Shown: in pieces, positions 33,673 to 44,373 of the stretch
How positions within the stretch are numbered: position 1 is the stretch's first letter
How the letters are laid out: each line of letters begins with the position of its first letter
Source: an uncultured delta proteobacterium
Lineage (GTDB): Bacteria > Desulfobacterota > Binatia > UBA9968
Direction: 5' to 3'
Assembly: GCA_963804165.1 (NCBI GenBank)
Contig: CAWDPO010000043.1
Span: 160,001 to 224,000 of the forward strand
Length of the DNA stretch: 64,000 bases
The notes under the pieces: model-generated
What the model was told of the DNA's origin: nothing
The model's input: the letters and a program-made list of their open reading frames with translations, nothing else
The model's database searches: none
Program-made: the position numbers and the translations under genes

Positions 33673-35706
33673 ATGGACATGTTAAATGCATTAGTTTCCG
33701 GTTTTCTGCAGTGCTTCAACTTGTCGACATTCAATCTGATGATAGTCGGAATTGCCATCGGCTTTGTCGTCGGAATCTTACCGGGACTGGGCGGTCCAAC
33801 AGCGATGGCTCTCATGCTGCCGTTCGTATTCAAAATGAATGCGGTCGAGGCATTTGCGTTCTTGCTCGGCATGACCGCCGTAACATCAACTACGGGCGAT
33901 ATCACGTCCGTGCTCTTCGGCGTTCCCGGCGAACCGACCACCGCGTCGACCATCGTTGACGGCCATGCCATGGCGCGAAATGGAGAAGCGGGACGGGCTT
34001 TAGGAGCGGTGCTGATGAGCTCGCTCGTAGGCGCCGTGTTTGCCGGCGTCGCGCTCGGCATCGCAGTGCCGGTCATTCGACCGTTGGTGCTTTCCTTTGG
34101 CTCGCCGGAGTTTTTTATGCTGGCGATTCTTGGCATCTCTTTCGTCGCTGCTCTTAGCGGTGAAGACGTCCTCAAAGGCATTGTCTCCGGCGGTATCGGG
34201 CTGATGCTCGCGACCATTGGATTGGACCCGATTTCCGGGATTCAGCGCTATACTTTTGGTCAACTTTTTCTTTGGGACGGCGTTGGTCTCGTGCCGATCA
34301 CCATTGGCTTTTACGCCATTCCGGAGACCATCGAGCTTGCTGTCCTCGGCACCAGTATCGCCAAACAGGAAGTGGGCAACTTGGGTGGAGTTATGGAAGG
34401 CGTCAAGGACACCTTTCGTCATTGGTGGCTGGTCATCCGCTGCAGCGCGCTGGGCACCTTTACGGCGATCATCCCTGGGATGGGCGCGGCGACGACGCAG
34501 TGGCTGGCGTACGCCCACGCCGTCCAAAGCTCGCCGGATAAAGAACGGTTTGGCAAAGGGGATGTTCGCGGGGTACTGGGGCCAGGCGCGGCCAACAATT
34601 CCACCTTGGGCGGCAGCTTGATCACCACAATCGCCTTCGGCGTTCCGGCGAGCGTCGTCATGGCGATCCTGCTCGGCGCATTTATCATTCAGGGGATCGT
34701 GCCCGGCCCCGATATGTTGCTTCCTCCGCCCAAAGGCAAACTTGATCTTACGTATTCTTTCGTCTGGGTCATCATTATTTCCAACATGATTACGGTAGCG
34801 GTTTGCTTTCTGTTCCTGAAACCCCTCGCCAAAGTTACTCAAGTGCGCGGCAGCATTATCATCCCGATCATTCTTGTGCTGATCTATCTGGGCGCGTTTG
34901 CCGAAAAAAACGCCTTTGAAGACATGATCATCGTGCTCTTCTTCGGCGCCCTAGGCTGGATCATGGAAAAGATGGACTGGCCGCGCCCGCCGGTGCTGTT
35001 GGGACTGGTACTCGGACCACTGGCGGAGAACCGGCTTTTTCTATCCACGGATAACTACGGCTTGGCGTGGACTTCTCGGCCTGGGGTTATAGGAATTTTT
35101 GTTCTAACGCTGTTCGGTATCTTCTATCCCATATTCAAGAATCGTAGACAAAACCGGGAAAAGGCGAACGCAGAAAAAACTCCCGGGAGCGCGGCAAAAG
35201 AATCAACCGAACGTCAGATGCACTTTGGGGCTGCGGCGCTTTTTACAGTTGCCGTTATCGTTCTGCTCGCATTGGCACTATGGCAAAGCCGGAATTTCGG
35301 TTATCGCGCTGGACTTTTTCCTTGGGTTATCGGTATCCCGACGCTCATCTTGGCCATCGCGCAGCTTGGCCGGGATCTATATGGGAAAAAGGCAAGAAGA
35401 ATACGCGGACTGGCGGAGTCGGTCGAAGCCAAAGTCGATGTAGAGCCAAGGATTGTCAGACAAAGAACCACTTCGATCCTCTGCTGGACTGTCGGTTTCT
35501 TCCTGGCGATATGGCTGCTCGGATTTAGTTACGCCGTGCCGCTCACGATCCTGCTTTATCTAAGGTTCGCCGGCAAGGAAAAATGGCCGATGACGATTGC
35601 GGTTACGTTTTTCTCCTGGTTGTTCTACTGGAGCCTATTCGAAAAATTATTGAAAGTTCCTTTCCCCGAAGGTTATCTAATTAGTTTGTTCATGGGAAGC
35701 CAATAA
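33673..35706 (+). CDS. tctA: Tripartite tricarboxylate transporter, TctA fused to C-terminal TctB
   Basis: GILPGLG, GVPGEP, DGHAMAR.GEAGRAL, AANNS, PGP, PVLLGLVLGPLAE; C-terminal TctB-like region (GLFPWVIG, LLKVPFPEG). Confidence 0.88.
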   Translation: MDMLNALVSGFLQCFNLSTFNLMIVGIAIGFVVGILPGLGGPTAMALMLPFVFKMNAVEAFAFLLGMTAVTSTTGDITSVLFGVPGEPTTASTIVDGHAMARNGEAGRALGAVLMSSLVGAVFAGVALGIAVPVIRPLVLSFGSPEFFMLAILGISFVAALSGEDVLKGIVSGGIGLMLATIGLDPISGIQRYTFGQLFLWDGVGLVPITIGFYAIPETIELAVLGTSIAKQEVGNLGGVMEGVKDTFRHWWLVIRCSALGTFTAIIPGMGAATTQWLAYAHAVQSSPDKERFGKGDVRGVLGPGAANNSTLGGSLITTIAFGVPASVVMAILLGAFIIQGIVPGPDMLLPPPKGKLDLTYSFVWVIIISNMITVAVCFLFLKPLAKVTQVRGSIIIPIILVLIYLGAFAEKNAFEDMIIVLFFGALGWIMEKMDWPRPPVLLGLVLGPLAENRLFLSTDNYGLAWTSRPGVIGIFVLTLFGIFYPIFKNRRQNREKANAEKTPGSAAKESTERQMHFGAAALFTVAVIVLLALALWQSRNFGYRAGLFPWVIGIPTLILAIAQLGRDLYGKKARRIRGLAESVEAKVDVEPRIVRQRTTSILCWTVGFFLAIWLLGFSYAVPLTILLYLRFAGKEKWPMTIAVTFFSWLFYWSLFEKLLKVPFPEGYLISLFMGSQ

Positions 35707-35712
35707 TTTCGA

Positions 35713-38016
35713 TCATTTAGTAGGGCGAGGGCGTACTTGTTGTAATCCCAGCCACACTTTCTCGGGCGTTAGCGGCAAACTATAGAGCCGCAACCCGGTG
35801 GCTTGACAAAGCGCATTACCGATCGCCGACGCGACCGGCAACAATCCACCCTCCCCGGTCCCTTTGGCGCCGAAAGGGCCTGGGCCATTATGACTCTCGA
35901 CGAGAATCGACTCGAAATGTTTCGGCAGCTGGTCAAACGTCGGCACCCGATAGTCGACGAGATTGGGATTTAGGAGTTGTCCATCCTTATAGACCATTTC
36001 TTCAAAAAGACTGTGACCGATCGCATTCATTACGCCACCCTCGTCCTGCCCTTCGCAAAGCACCGGATTGATCGCCTGGCCAACGTCGGCGAGCGAAACA
36101 TATTTTGTCAGTTTGATTTCGCCGCTGTCGCGATCCACTTCGACTTCCGCCGCGCCCCAACTGATCTCCCAGAAAGTCGTCGGCGACCCGAGCGCGGCTT
36201 TCTTGCTCTTGATGTCCTGATAGGCGCCGCGTCCGATGAGTTCTCCGGTTTTGGACAAGAAAATTTTTTGCATAAGCTGTTCAAACGATAGGCTCAGTCC
36301 CTTGAGTCCGTGAATTTTGCCGCCGCGCAGTGACAATCTCTCCGGCTTGGTCTTTAAAAATCGCGCCGCGTAACGCAGCAGCTGCCGTTTCAAATCCTGC
36401 GTCGCGCGTTGCACTGAAAGGCCCATGACCACGGTCGAGCTGCTCGCGTTCGTGTTGACGTCGTAGGGCGTGACGTCGGTATCGAGTTGTGCCACGGTCA
36501 CAGCTTCGAACGGCAGACCCAATTCTTCGGCGACCACTTGGCTCAATGCGGTACGCGCTCCTTGACCGACTTCGACGGTTCCGGTCAAAAGGACGACGCT
36601 GCCGTCGGCGTTCATCTTGACGGCCGCAGACGAAACTTTGTAAGTGCCGCCGCCGTCTTTCATACAGACCGCGAGACCTTTGCCGCGGTTCGGCTTATTT
36701 TTGTCGCTCCAGCCGATTTCTTTCGCCGCGCGCAGCAAACCCGCTCTGAGATCGCAATCCACGGGAGTATCGCCCGCAGTGTAGGCTTCGCCTTTTTTTA
36801 AGAGATTTTTCAGACGGAACTGCAACGGATCGAGTCCAAGCTTCGCAGCGATGATATCCATTTGCGATTCGTACGCCCAGGTCACTTGCAGCGTGCCGAA
36901 GCCGCGATAGGCGCCCGCCGGAACCGTGTTCGTGTAGACTGTATAGGCATCGGTTTGCATATGCGGGAAACGGTAAGGGCCGAAACATCGGTAACCGGCC
37001 TTTTGTGTTACGCGCGGGCCGGCGTCGGCGTAGGCGCCGGTCTCCATGTAAATCAGGCATTGACGCGCTACCAGCTTACCGTCATTCATCACCCCGGTCT
37101 TGATCGTGACCCGGGCCGGATGGCGCGAAACCGTCTTGAAACTGTCTTCGACGCTATGAACCAAGCGCACCGGCCGTTTCGCTTTCAACGACAGGGCGGC
37201 CGCCAGCGGCTCCGTCTTGACGGCGAGCTTTCCGCCGTAGCCACCACCGAGGTATGGCACAATGATGCGAATCTTATTGAGCGGCAAATGAAATATCTCG
37301 GCCAGGTGCTCGCGCAGCGTAAACGGCTCCTGCGTGCCGGCCCAAAGCGTCAGGCGGTCGCCTTCAAAATGGGCGACGGTCGCGTGCGGCTCCATGGAAA
37401 AATGTTGCACCCGCGGAAAAGTAAATGTGTTTTCAAAAACACGATCGGATTTTTTAAATCCCTCTGCCACACTTCCCTTGGTATAATTGAAACGGTAACA
37501 GAGATTGGTACCGCTGAACTCCTTCGGAGGCTCGTAGCGTTGTCCCATGAGTTCGCCGCCGCTGGCCGAGGCATCGTGCACCAGTGGCGCGCCCGGCGCC
37601 AGCGCCTCGTCTATACTGGTCACCATGGGCAACTCATCATAGTCGACTTCGATCAGGGCTAACGCCTCTTCTGCGATCGCCTCATCCACGGCGGCCACGG
37701 CGGCGACCGGATCGCCGGCATATCGAACCTTGTCGACGGCGACGATCGATTGATCCTTGTAGGCCGCGCCGAACATCCGCAGACCCGCCTGATCCGCGCG
37801 GGTAATCACGGTGAAGACACCGGAAAGTTTTTCCGCCTTACTCGCGTCGACGCGGACTAAACGTGCGTGGGCGTACGGGCTGCGCAGGATTTTGCCGTGG
37901 GCCATTCCCGGCAGCTCCACATCCACGGTATAAATCGCCTTGCCAGTGACTTTGTCATCCCCATCCGAGCGCGGTTCCGCGTGTCCGATCACTTGATAGG
38001 TGTGTGCCAGCTTCAT
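35713..38016 (-). CDS. Xanthine dehydrogenase family molybdopterin-binding subunit
   Basis: KVTGKAIY, RSPYAHA, GGGYGGK, GAYRGFG, EVGQG, GPFGAKGTGE. Confidence 0.93.
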   Translation of the reverse strand: MKLAHTYQVIGHAEPRSDGDDKVTGKAIYTVDVELPGMAHGKILRSPYAHARLVRVDASKAEKLSGVFTVITRADQAGLRMFGAAYKDQSIVAVDKVRYAGDPVAAVAAVDEAIAEEALALIEVDYDELPMVTSIDEALAPGAPLVHDASASGGELMGQRYEPPKEFSGTNLCYRFNYTKGSVAEGFKKSDRVFENTFTFPRVQHFSMEPHATVAHFEGDRLTLWAGTQEPFTLREHLAEIFHLPLNKIRIIVPYLGGGYGGKLAVKTEPLAAALSLKAKRPVRLVHSVEDSFKTVSRHPARVTIKTGVMNDGKLVARQCLIYMETGAYADAGPRVTQKAGYRCFGPYRFPHMQTDAYTVYTNTVPAGAYRGFGTLQVTWAYESQMDIIAAKLGLDPLQFRLKNLLKKGEAYTAGDTPVDCDLRAGLLRAAKEIGWSDKNKPNRGKGLAVCMKDGGGTYKVSSAAVKMNADGSVVLLTGTVEVGQGARTALSQVVAEELGLPFEAVTVAQLDTDVTPYDVNTNASSSTVVMGLSVQRATQDLKRQLLRYAARFLKTKPERLSLRGGKIHGLKGLSLSFEQLMQKIFLSKTGELIGRGAYQDIKSKKAALGSPTTFWEISWGAAEVEVDRDSGEIKLTKYVSLADVGQAINPVLCEGQDEGGVMNAIGHSLFEEMVYKDGQLLNPNLVDYRVPTFDQLPKHFESILVESHNGPGPFGAKGTGEGGLLPVASAIGNALCQATGLRLYSLPLTPEKVWLGLQQVRPRPTK

Positions 38017-38019
38017 CCG

Positions 38020-39345
38020 TCAACCTCGGTCGCCATAGTTTCGCCGAATCCAGTCAATCGCCTGCTCGCGGTCTTCCAACTCGCCGCCGAGCTGATGATC
38101 CTCCACTTGCCGTAGGATGTCCGCGAAGATCGGTCCCGGAGTGAATCCCAGGGCGATCAAATCATCGCCGCGCACCAGCGGTGGCGGACGAATTTCTCCT
38201 TCATTCAGTTCTGCCAAGCGGGCTTTGCAAAACTGATAGTATTGCAAATCGCCGTTGGACGCCAAAGCGTCGATCCGCGTCAGTTCCAGAAGCTCCTCGA
38301 TGCCCTCTTCGCGCAGGAAACGCTTGAGGGTGGTCAAGCGCATTTGCGGCGCCTGGACATGGCGCAGATGATTGCGTACCAAGTAAGCGACTCGTTCCCA
38401 AGTGGCGCGGCCACGCTTGAGACGTTTGAGAATTTCTTCGGCCATGACCGCGCCCTTCTCGGTATGGCCGTAGAAAGTGATGCGCTCCGCCTCTTGTCGG
38501 AAACAGACCGGTTTTGCAACGTCGTGCAATAAGCAGCCATAAGCCAGGGTTTCCGAAGGCGCCTCCAGGTGGCCGAGAAGCAACAACGTATGGTTGAAGA
38601 CATCGCCTTCAGGATGGTAGTCCGGACTTTGCCGGGTTCCTTTCAGTGCCACGATCTCCGGCAATAGAACTTGCAGCAAACCGCTCGTATCCAACAGCTC
38701 AAAGCCGCGGCGCGCGCCGCCTTCGGTCAGGATACGCGTGACTTCGTCGCCGATGCGCTCCCAGGCAATCTGCGTAATTGTGGCAGCTGACTTTTCAATC
38801 GCGGCAAACGTCGCCTCGTCGATTGCGAAACCAAGACTGGCAGCAATACGCACGGCACGGATCATGCGTAGCCGGTCTTCTTCGAATCGTTGTTCGGCGT
38901 TGCCAATGGCACGGACGAGACGCCGTTCGATATCCTTTTTGCCCTCGACCAAGTCGATGACGCGGTCATCGACGGGATCGTAAACCATGCCGTTGATCGT
39001 AAAATCGCGGCGGCGGATGTCCTCTTCGAGACTACCAAAGCGCACGTTACTGGGATGACGCCCATCCAAATAGGGCCCGTCATGGCGATAGCTCGCCACC
39101 TCAAAAGGGTGTCCGTCGAGCAGCACCAAGATCACGCCGAATTGAACGCCGACCGGAATCGTGTCGGGAAAAATTCTCTGGACGTCTTCCGGCCTGGCAT
39201 TGGTTGCGATGTCATAGTCCTGCGGCGCTTTGTTGAGCAACATATCGCGCACGCAACCGCCGGCGAAAAAGGCCTCATAGCCTGCGGCACGCAGACCGCT
39301 AACGATGGAAATAGCTCTATCCTGTGCAGACACAAGCGTGCTCAC
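38020..39345 (-). CDS. cca: CCA tRNA nucleotidyltransferase (class II, with HD-like region)
   Basis: AGGCVRD, DYDIAT, loop RHDGPYLDGRHP, RRDFTING, EDRLR, HPEGDV, LLHDVAK. Confidence 0.9.
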   Translation of the reverse strand: MSTLVSAQDRAISIVSGLRAAGYEAFFAGGCVRDMLLNKAPQDYDIATNARPEDVQRIFPDTIPVGVQFGVILVLLDGHPFEVASYRHDGPYLDGRHPSNVRFGSLEEDIRRRDFTINGMVYDPVDDRVIDLVEGKKDIERRLVRAIGNAEQRFEEDRLRMIRAVRIAASLGFAIDEATFAAIEKSAATITQIAWERIGDEVTRILTEGGARRGFELLDTSGLLQVLLPEIVALKGTRQSPDYHPEGDVFNHTLLLLGHLEAPSETLAYGCLLHDVAKPVCFRQEAERITFYGHTEKGAVMAEEILKRLKRGRATWERVAYLVRNHLRHVQAPQMRLTTLKRFLREEGIEELLELTRIDALASNGDLQYYQFCKARLAELNEGEIRPPPLVRGDDLIALGFTPGPIFADILRQVEDHQLGGELEDREQAIDWIRRNYGDRG

Positions 39346-39393
39346 ACCTGAAATGATGTTCGAATGTCGTTGAGAAGTCGAACGCGCAGCGAA

Positions 39394-39780
39394 TCAGAGC
39401 GGATAGGTCGTGCTCGCTGAGGGGATCAATTCCCGCACCTTGCCTTGAAGTTCTTGGAAAGTAAAAGGCTTGACAAGGTAACCGTTGCATCCAGCTTCGA
39501 TACAGCTCTTGAGATCGGAATCGCGAAACAGCGCCGTGGCAGCCAAAATCGGAATGTCTTTCGTCTCGGAATTCGCTCGAAGTTCGCGCGCCGCCTCCCA
39601 GCCGTCCATGCCGGGCATCATGATATCCATGATGATCAGCTCTGGCTTTTCGCTGAGCGCCTTTTCGACGCCTTCTTTGCCGCGCCGAGCGGCGATCGGC
39701 ACGAAACCCATCAGCTCGATTTGCCAAGTGAGCAATTCACGCATATCCGCATGGTCTTCGATGATCAGAACTTTCTTCAT
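39394..39780 (-). CDS. Single-domain response regulator (DivK-like)
   Basis: VLIIED, IMDIMMPGMDG, ATA, KPF. Confidence 0.9.
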   Translation of the reverse strand: MKKVLIIEDHADMRELLTWQIELMGFVPIAARRGKEGVEKALSEKPELIIMDIMMPGMDGWEAARELRANSETKDIPILAATALFRDSDLKSCIEAGCNGYLVKPFTFQELQGKVRELIPSASTTYPL

Positions 39781-39976
39781 CAGTTATCAGTATCTGCTCG
39801 GGTGAATCTTCCAAGCGGCCAAGACGACAAAACAGCGTAAACTATGCCGCAGCAGGTCGGCGACTGTCAAGCAGTTCGTGCCCGGTAGGCGCGTTTACGG
39901 CTCGATTCAGGAAAGGTGACCGGGCAAGATCTATGGCCATAGCGCACCGAACCCCGAGCGCCGTTTCTTGGCGCTG

Positions 39977-41299
39977 CTATTTTTCGCCAATTTTCTTCAT
40001 GTTTCCAACGATTACCGTTGTAAGGCTTTCAGGTTGCAAGTATTGCTTGGCGACGCGCTGAACATCTTCTCGAGTGACTTTACGGACCAGTTCCGGGTAG
40101 CGGTCGGGATAGTCAAGACCGAGCTGAAAATATTCTACTTGCGCAAGAAAACCAGCCACTCTGCGATTGGTGTCAAATCGCAGAGGAAAGCTTCCGATCA
40201 AGAAGTCTTTGGCGTCGTTTAACTCTTGCTCACTGACCAGCTGCTCTCGGATACGCTGAATCTCGTCGCGGGCGATGCGGATCGCTTCCAGCGCAGTCTC
40301 ATTCTTGGTCTGCATGGCCAATTCGAAACTGCCGTGACTTTTTTCCGCGGCAAAGTAGCTATAGACGGAGTACGCGAGGCCCCGTTCGTTACGAATGGAG
40401 TCCATCACCCGTGACGAAAATCCGCCGCCGCCTAAAATATAATTCGTCACTTGAAGGGCATAGTAGTCCGGATTGCCGCGCGTCACACCGTTGTGGCCGA
40501 GAATGATATTCGCCTGGGTCAATTCCTTATTGACGCGGACATTCTGCGACGCGCCGGTCCGTGTCGGCACCAGGGTTTTACCACCGGGCTCGCCTTTGCT
40601 CCAGTTCCGCAATGCAGTGTTGAGGGCCTGAGCGATTTCCTGTTCCGACACGTCGCCAACCACCGCGATGATCGAACGGTTGGGGCGATAGTAGCGTTTA
40701 AAGAATTCTTGGAGACTTTTTTGTTGCAGCGTTTTAACCGATGCTTCGGTTCCCTCCACGGGTCGTCCGTAAGGGCTCTGCGGAAACAGCGCTGATGAGA
40801 AAGCCTTGCTGGCCAGCGCGCCGGGTTCTTCTTCCGAAGCCTTTATCGAAGCGATGATCGCCTGCTTTTGTCGATCGATCTCGGGCTGCGGAAAGGTCGA
40901 TTGAGTCAAAACTTCGGCCAGCAGTTCCAAACCCGCAGTCAAGTCTTTTTTGAGCACTGTCATGCTTACGTTGGCAACGTTTTGGCCGCATCCCGTCTCC
41001 AGACTGGCGCCCATAAAATCGAGGGTATCGCTGATTTGCAAAGCCGTGCGGCGCGTCGTCCCATAGGTCAGCAATTTTGCCGCCAAATTGGCCAGCCCGG
41101 CTTGGCTGGCGGGCTCATAGCGCGACCCGGCGTCCATCATCAATGCGATTGAAACCATCGGCAGCGCGCGCTGCTCCGAAGTCAACAATACCATGCCGTT
41201 GTTGAGCACCGTTCGTTTGGGCGTCATTCCTCCCTCAGAAGACATCGGGCCGCACAGCATCGCCAGCAAGACGAACAGGCTAAGACGAAGCGCTTTCAT
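39977..41299 (-). CDS. M16 peptidase family, non-catalytic subunit
   Basis: Signal peptide; NLAAK replaces HXXEH; ILGGGGFSSR..IRNERGLAYSV. Confidence 0.88.
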   Translation of the reverse strand: MKALRLSLFVLLAMLCGPMSSEGGMTPKRTVLNNGMVLLTSEQRALPMVSIALMMDAGSRYEPASQAGLANLAAKLLTYGTTRRTALQISDTLDFMGASLETGCGQNVANVSMTVLKKDLTAGLELLAEVLTQSTFPQPEIDRQKQAIIASIKASEEEPGALASKAFSSALFPQSPYGRPVEGTEASVKTLQQKSLQEFFKRYYRPNRSIIAVVGDVSEQEIAQALNTALRNWSKGEPGGKTLVPTRTGASQNVRVNKELTQANIILGHNGVTRGNPDYYALQVTNYILGGGGFSSRVMDSIRNERGLAYSVYSYFAAEKSHGSFELAMQTKNETALEAIRIARDEIQRIREQLVSEQELNDAKDFLIGSFPLRFDTNRRVAGFLAQVEYFQLGLDYPDRYPELVRKVTREDVQRVAKQYLQPESLTTVIVGNMKKIGEK

Positions 41300-42612
41300 T
41301 GACCTTTTGTCGGAATCAGAGTCCCGACGGTGCGTTGGTCCGGATTGAGATATTGACGTGCGACGCGGCGGATGTCTTCGCGCGTCACCTTCCGAATACC
41401 GTCGAGGTAACCATCCATCTGCCGCCAGCCGCCCCCTACCTCGTAGTAGCCGATCTTCATCGCTTGGCCGAAGATGGAATCTTGCGCAAAAACAAAACCC
41501 GCTTCGATCTGATTCTTGGCTTTTTGTAATTCCCGGTCGGTAATCAACTCGGATTTCACTTTTCCGAGTACACGGTCGATTTCACCCTCGACTTTTCCCG
41601 GCTCGACACCAGGAAGGAGCTGCGTCGTGACCGAAAAGCCCATCGGGTCGACCGACACGCCGCTGTAGTCGGCGTCGACGCTGCGAACCAAGCGCTTCTG
41701 ATAGACGAGCTCGTGATAGAGCCGGGAGCTGCGCCCGCCCGCAAGCACCACCGACAAGAGGTCGAGGGCGAAGCTGTCGGGGCTTTTGTGATTTGGCGCC
41801 CGATAAAACGTGAGGATGAACGGCAGCTCGGCTTCTTTTTTGAAAGTTAACCGACGCTCGCCGCGCTGCGCCGGCTCTGCGACGCCCACCTGCGGCGGCT
41901 CGGCGCCGCGCGGGATCTTGCCAAACGCGCTGCGGATTTTCGGCATGATCTCGGCGCTGGAGAAATCTCCGACGACAACGATAAACGCGTTGTTCGGCTG
42001 ATAGTAAAGCTTATAAAAATCGACCAGGTCTTGGCGCGTGAGCCCTTGAATGTCTTCCATCCATCCGACCACGGGGCGCCGATAGGGATGAATCGTAAAA
42101 GCGATCGCGCTCGCCACTTCGCTAAGGGCCGACGCCGGATTGTCTTCCGTGCGCAACCGGCGCTCTTCTTGAATCACCTTCTTTTCGGGCTCGAAATAGG
42201 TGTCGCCCAGCAAGGCATTGGCCATCCGATCCGCTTCCAGCCCGAGCTCAATCTCGATCTTGTCGCGGCTCATGGTCGCGAAATAGACAGTCATATCCGA
42301 TGTCGTGAACGCATTCGAACGACCGCCGTTTTTAGCGATAATACGGGAATACTCCTCGGGTCCGGTTGTCGGCGTCCCTTTGAACATCATGTGTTCGAGA
42401 AAATGGGCGAGACCGCTCTTGCCGTCTTTTTCATTGCGCCCGCCGACGCGGTACCAAACTTGAAAAGTGACCGCCGGGCTCTTGTGGTCTTCCAACAGCA
42501 GGACCTTCAGGCCGTTGTCGAGCACAAATTCTTGAACCTGAGCGGCATGTACAGTGGGTCGATGAATAGTCAAGATAAGAATTGTAACAAGCAGAACCCG
42601 GCGATGCCACAT
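41296..42612 (-). CDS. M16 zinc peptidase, catalytic subunit
   Basis: GLAHFLEHMMFKGT, NAFT, VIQEERR, FYKLYYQPNNA. Confidence 0.92.
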   Translation of the reverse strand: MWHRRVLLVTILILTIHRPTVHAAQVQEFVLDNGLKVLLLEDHKSPAVTFQVWYRVGGRNEKDGKSGLAHFLEHMMFKGTPTTGPEEYSRIIAKNGGRSNAFTTSDMTVYFATMSRDKIEIELGLEADRMANALLGDTYFEPEKKVIQEERRLRTEDNPASALSEVASAIAFTIHPYRRPVVGWMEDIQGLTRQDLVDFYKLYYQPNNAFIVVVGDFSSAEIMPKIRSAFGKIPRGAEPPQVGVAEPAQRGERRLTFKKEAELPFILTFYRAPNHKSPDSFALDLLSVVLAGGRSSRLYHELVYQKRLVRSVDADYSGVSVDPMGFSVTTQLLPGVEPGKVEGEIDRVLGKVKSELITDRELQKAKNQIEAGFVFAQDSIFGQAMKIGYYEVGGGWRQMDGYLDGIRKVTREDIRRVARQYLNPDQRTVGTLIPTKGQ

Positions 42613-42649
42613 GATGTTTCAAGTTAATGGATGAGACCTTAAAGTCAAG

Positions 42650-43909
42650 CTAAGCACGTGCTGGCGCGTGCGGGCGCCGCGCCAGAAAGATCAGCAGCGC
42701 GGAGAGCAGATAAGACACTGAAAAGATCGTGAAGACAGTTCGATAACTGCCGGTAGAATCAAAAGCGATTCCAGCGAAGAGCGCGCCGAGACCGAGTCCG
42801 CCTTTGTGAAAAGGGTCGAGCACGCTGCTGATGGCGCCGAAAGAACCGCGCCCGAAGTAGCGGGCAATTAAAATTTGCATAAGCACGGCGGCGCCGCGCG
42901 CGTTTAATCCGAAGAGCAAGGCAAATAAATAAGCAGCGCCGGCCGTGCTCACTTGCATCAGCAACCCGACCGATGCGGCGGAAACGATCATCGTCGCGAC
43001 GCTCAAGCGGCGCGGATGAAGGCGTTCGGCGAGCGCGCCCCAAAGCCCGTTGCCGAATGCGCCGGAGAGCGCCATCAGACTCACCGCTCCCGCGGCAACC
43101 GTTGGAGCAATTCGAGCATCGGTAAAATAGGCAGCGGTATGAAATGCCACGCCGCCGGTGCCTATAGAAGCGAGAAACGTACTGCTCACGAGCAACCAAA
43201 GCGTCGGGTTGCGCACCGCCGCAGCACGACTCCAGCTTTGCTCGGCAACACTCCCAGAGTTGTGTCTGTCCATCGATGCGGTCGGCCGACTCGGCGGCAC
43301 GGCAAGTCCGTCGGGATATAGGCCTAGATCTTCCGGCTGGCGACGAAGAAAAATGAGCCCGGGGATAACCACAAACACCCACAAAGCAACACCCAAAGCG
43401 AAGAACGCGCTACGCCAGCCGTAGTGCACAACGAGAAATTGATAAACCAGCGACAAAGCCGCTGATCCAAGCGGTGTCGACATGGCGACCAAACCCATCA
43501 CGCGCGGCCGTTTTAGATAAAACCAATTGGCCGCGGTGGTGAATGCGATCATGCCGCACAAGAGGAACTCGGTCAGCGCTCGCGCTGGCACGAAAGTCAC
43601 GTAAAACTGCCACGGCTCCGTGCTGAGACTGACGCCAAAAGCGAGCAGACCAACTAAGGCGCCGCCCGCCGGCAAGAGAAGACGCGGGCCTAAGCGGTCC
43701 GCGATGGGCCCAAACAGTGGTGATAATAGACCGCCGAGACAAGCTCCGAGCGTAATCGCCGTCGCCGTCAACGTGCGGCTCCAACCTAAGTCTTCGCTGA
43801 TCGGCTTGAGCACCACGGCCATGGTAATATTGCTGACGCCGGCAGCCAAAAAGCCCGCCACCATTGTGATCGCGACGATCAGCCATCCGTAAAAGAATGG
43901 CAGGATCAC
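42650..43909 (-). CDS. MFS transporter
   Basis: FFYGW, GPIADRLGPR, WGALAER; about 12 hydrophobic segments. Confidence 0.9.
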   Translation of the reverse strand: MILPFFYGWLIVAITMVAGFLAAGVSNITMAVVLKPISEDLGWSRTLTATAITLGACLGGLLSPLFGPIADRLGPRLLLPAGGALVGLLAFGVSLSTEPWQFYVTFVPARALTEFLLCGMIAFTTAANWFYLKRPRVMGLVAMSTPLGSAALSLVYQFLVVHYGWRSAFFALGVALWVFVVIPGLIFLRRQPEDLGLYPDGLAVPPSRPTASMDRHNSGSVAEQSWSRAAAVRNPTLWLLVSSTFLASIGTGGVAFHTAAYFTDARIAPTVAAGAVSLMALSGAFGNGLWGALAERLHPRRLSVATMIVSAASVGLLMQVSTAGAAYLFALLFGLNARGAAVLMQILIARYFGRGSFGAISSVLDPFHKGGLGLGALFAGIAFDSTGSYRTVFTIFSVSYLLSALLIFLARRPHAPARA

Positions 43910-44153
43910 GCATCGCCCTTCGACCGCGGACAGCTCACGGATGCCAGTTCCACCCTTGAGGTCGTCATCATCTTCGTTGTCATGGCGTCGATGAGTTCAA
44001 TCGTGAAGCATCATAACCAGCGGGCAACGTTTCGCAGGTTCAAAAGAGCCCGCGCCAGAGATGGCGAAAATAGATTTTAGTCACGTTGTCAGAAACGGTG
44101 GCAGTTTATGGAAAACTCGCCGAGTCCGATCCGGAGCTGTAAATCCATTTCGT

Positions 44154-44369
44154 TTAGTTTAGGAACAAGCGCGCGTAGGTCTCTATCCCCAAACCGAGCA
44201 ACACCAGGGCGAGCCCACGGAGAAAGGCTTTCAATGCGGGACTTTCCGGTTCACGGCCAATCATCTTGAGCTCCGGCTGCTCTCTGCATTCGCGCATCAA
44301 GTTCATTGAGATCTTCAGCCAAATTGCGCCGATCAAACCAATGATAAATCCCGCCCCTTCGATATCCAT
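44154..44369 (-). CDS. Small two-TM hypothetical membrane protein
   Basis: 71-aa ORF starting just after the GFA gene, with two hydrophobic stretches. Confidence 0.5.
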   Translation of the reverse strand: MDIEGAGFIIGLIGAIWLKISMNLMRECREQPELKMIGREPESPALKAFLRGLALVLLGLGIETYARLFLN

Positions 44370-44373
44370 GGCA

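Noticed and set aside
43906-43983. 25-codon uORF overlapping the MFS start (GTGA)
   Set aside because: No clear RBS, biased codon run or attenuator structure; likely chance
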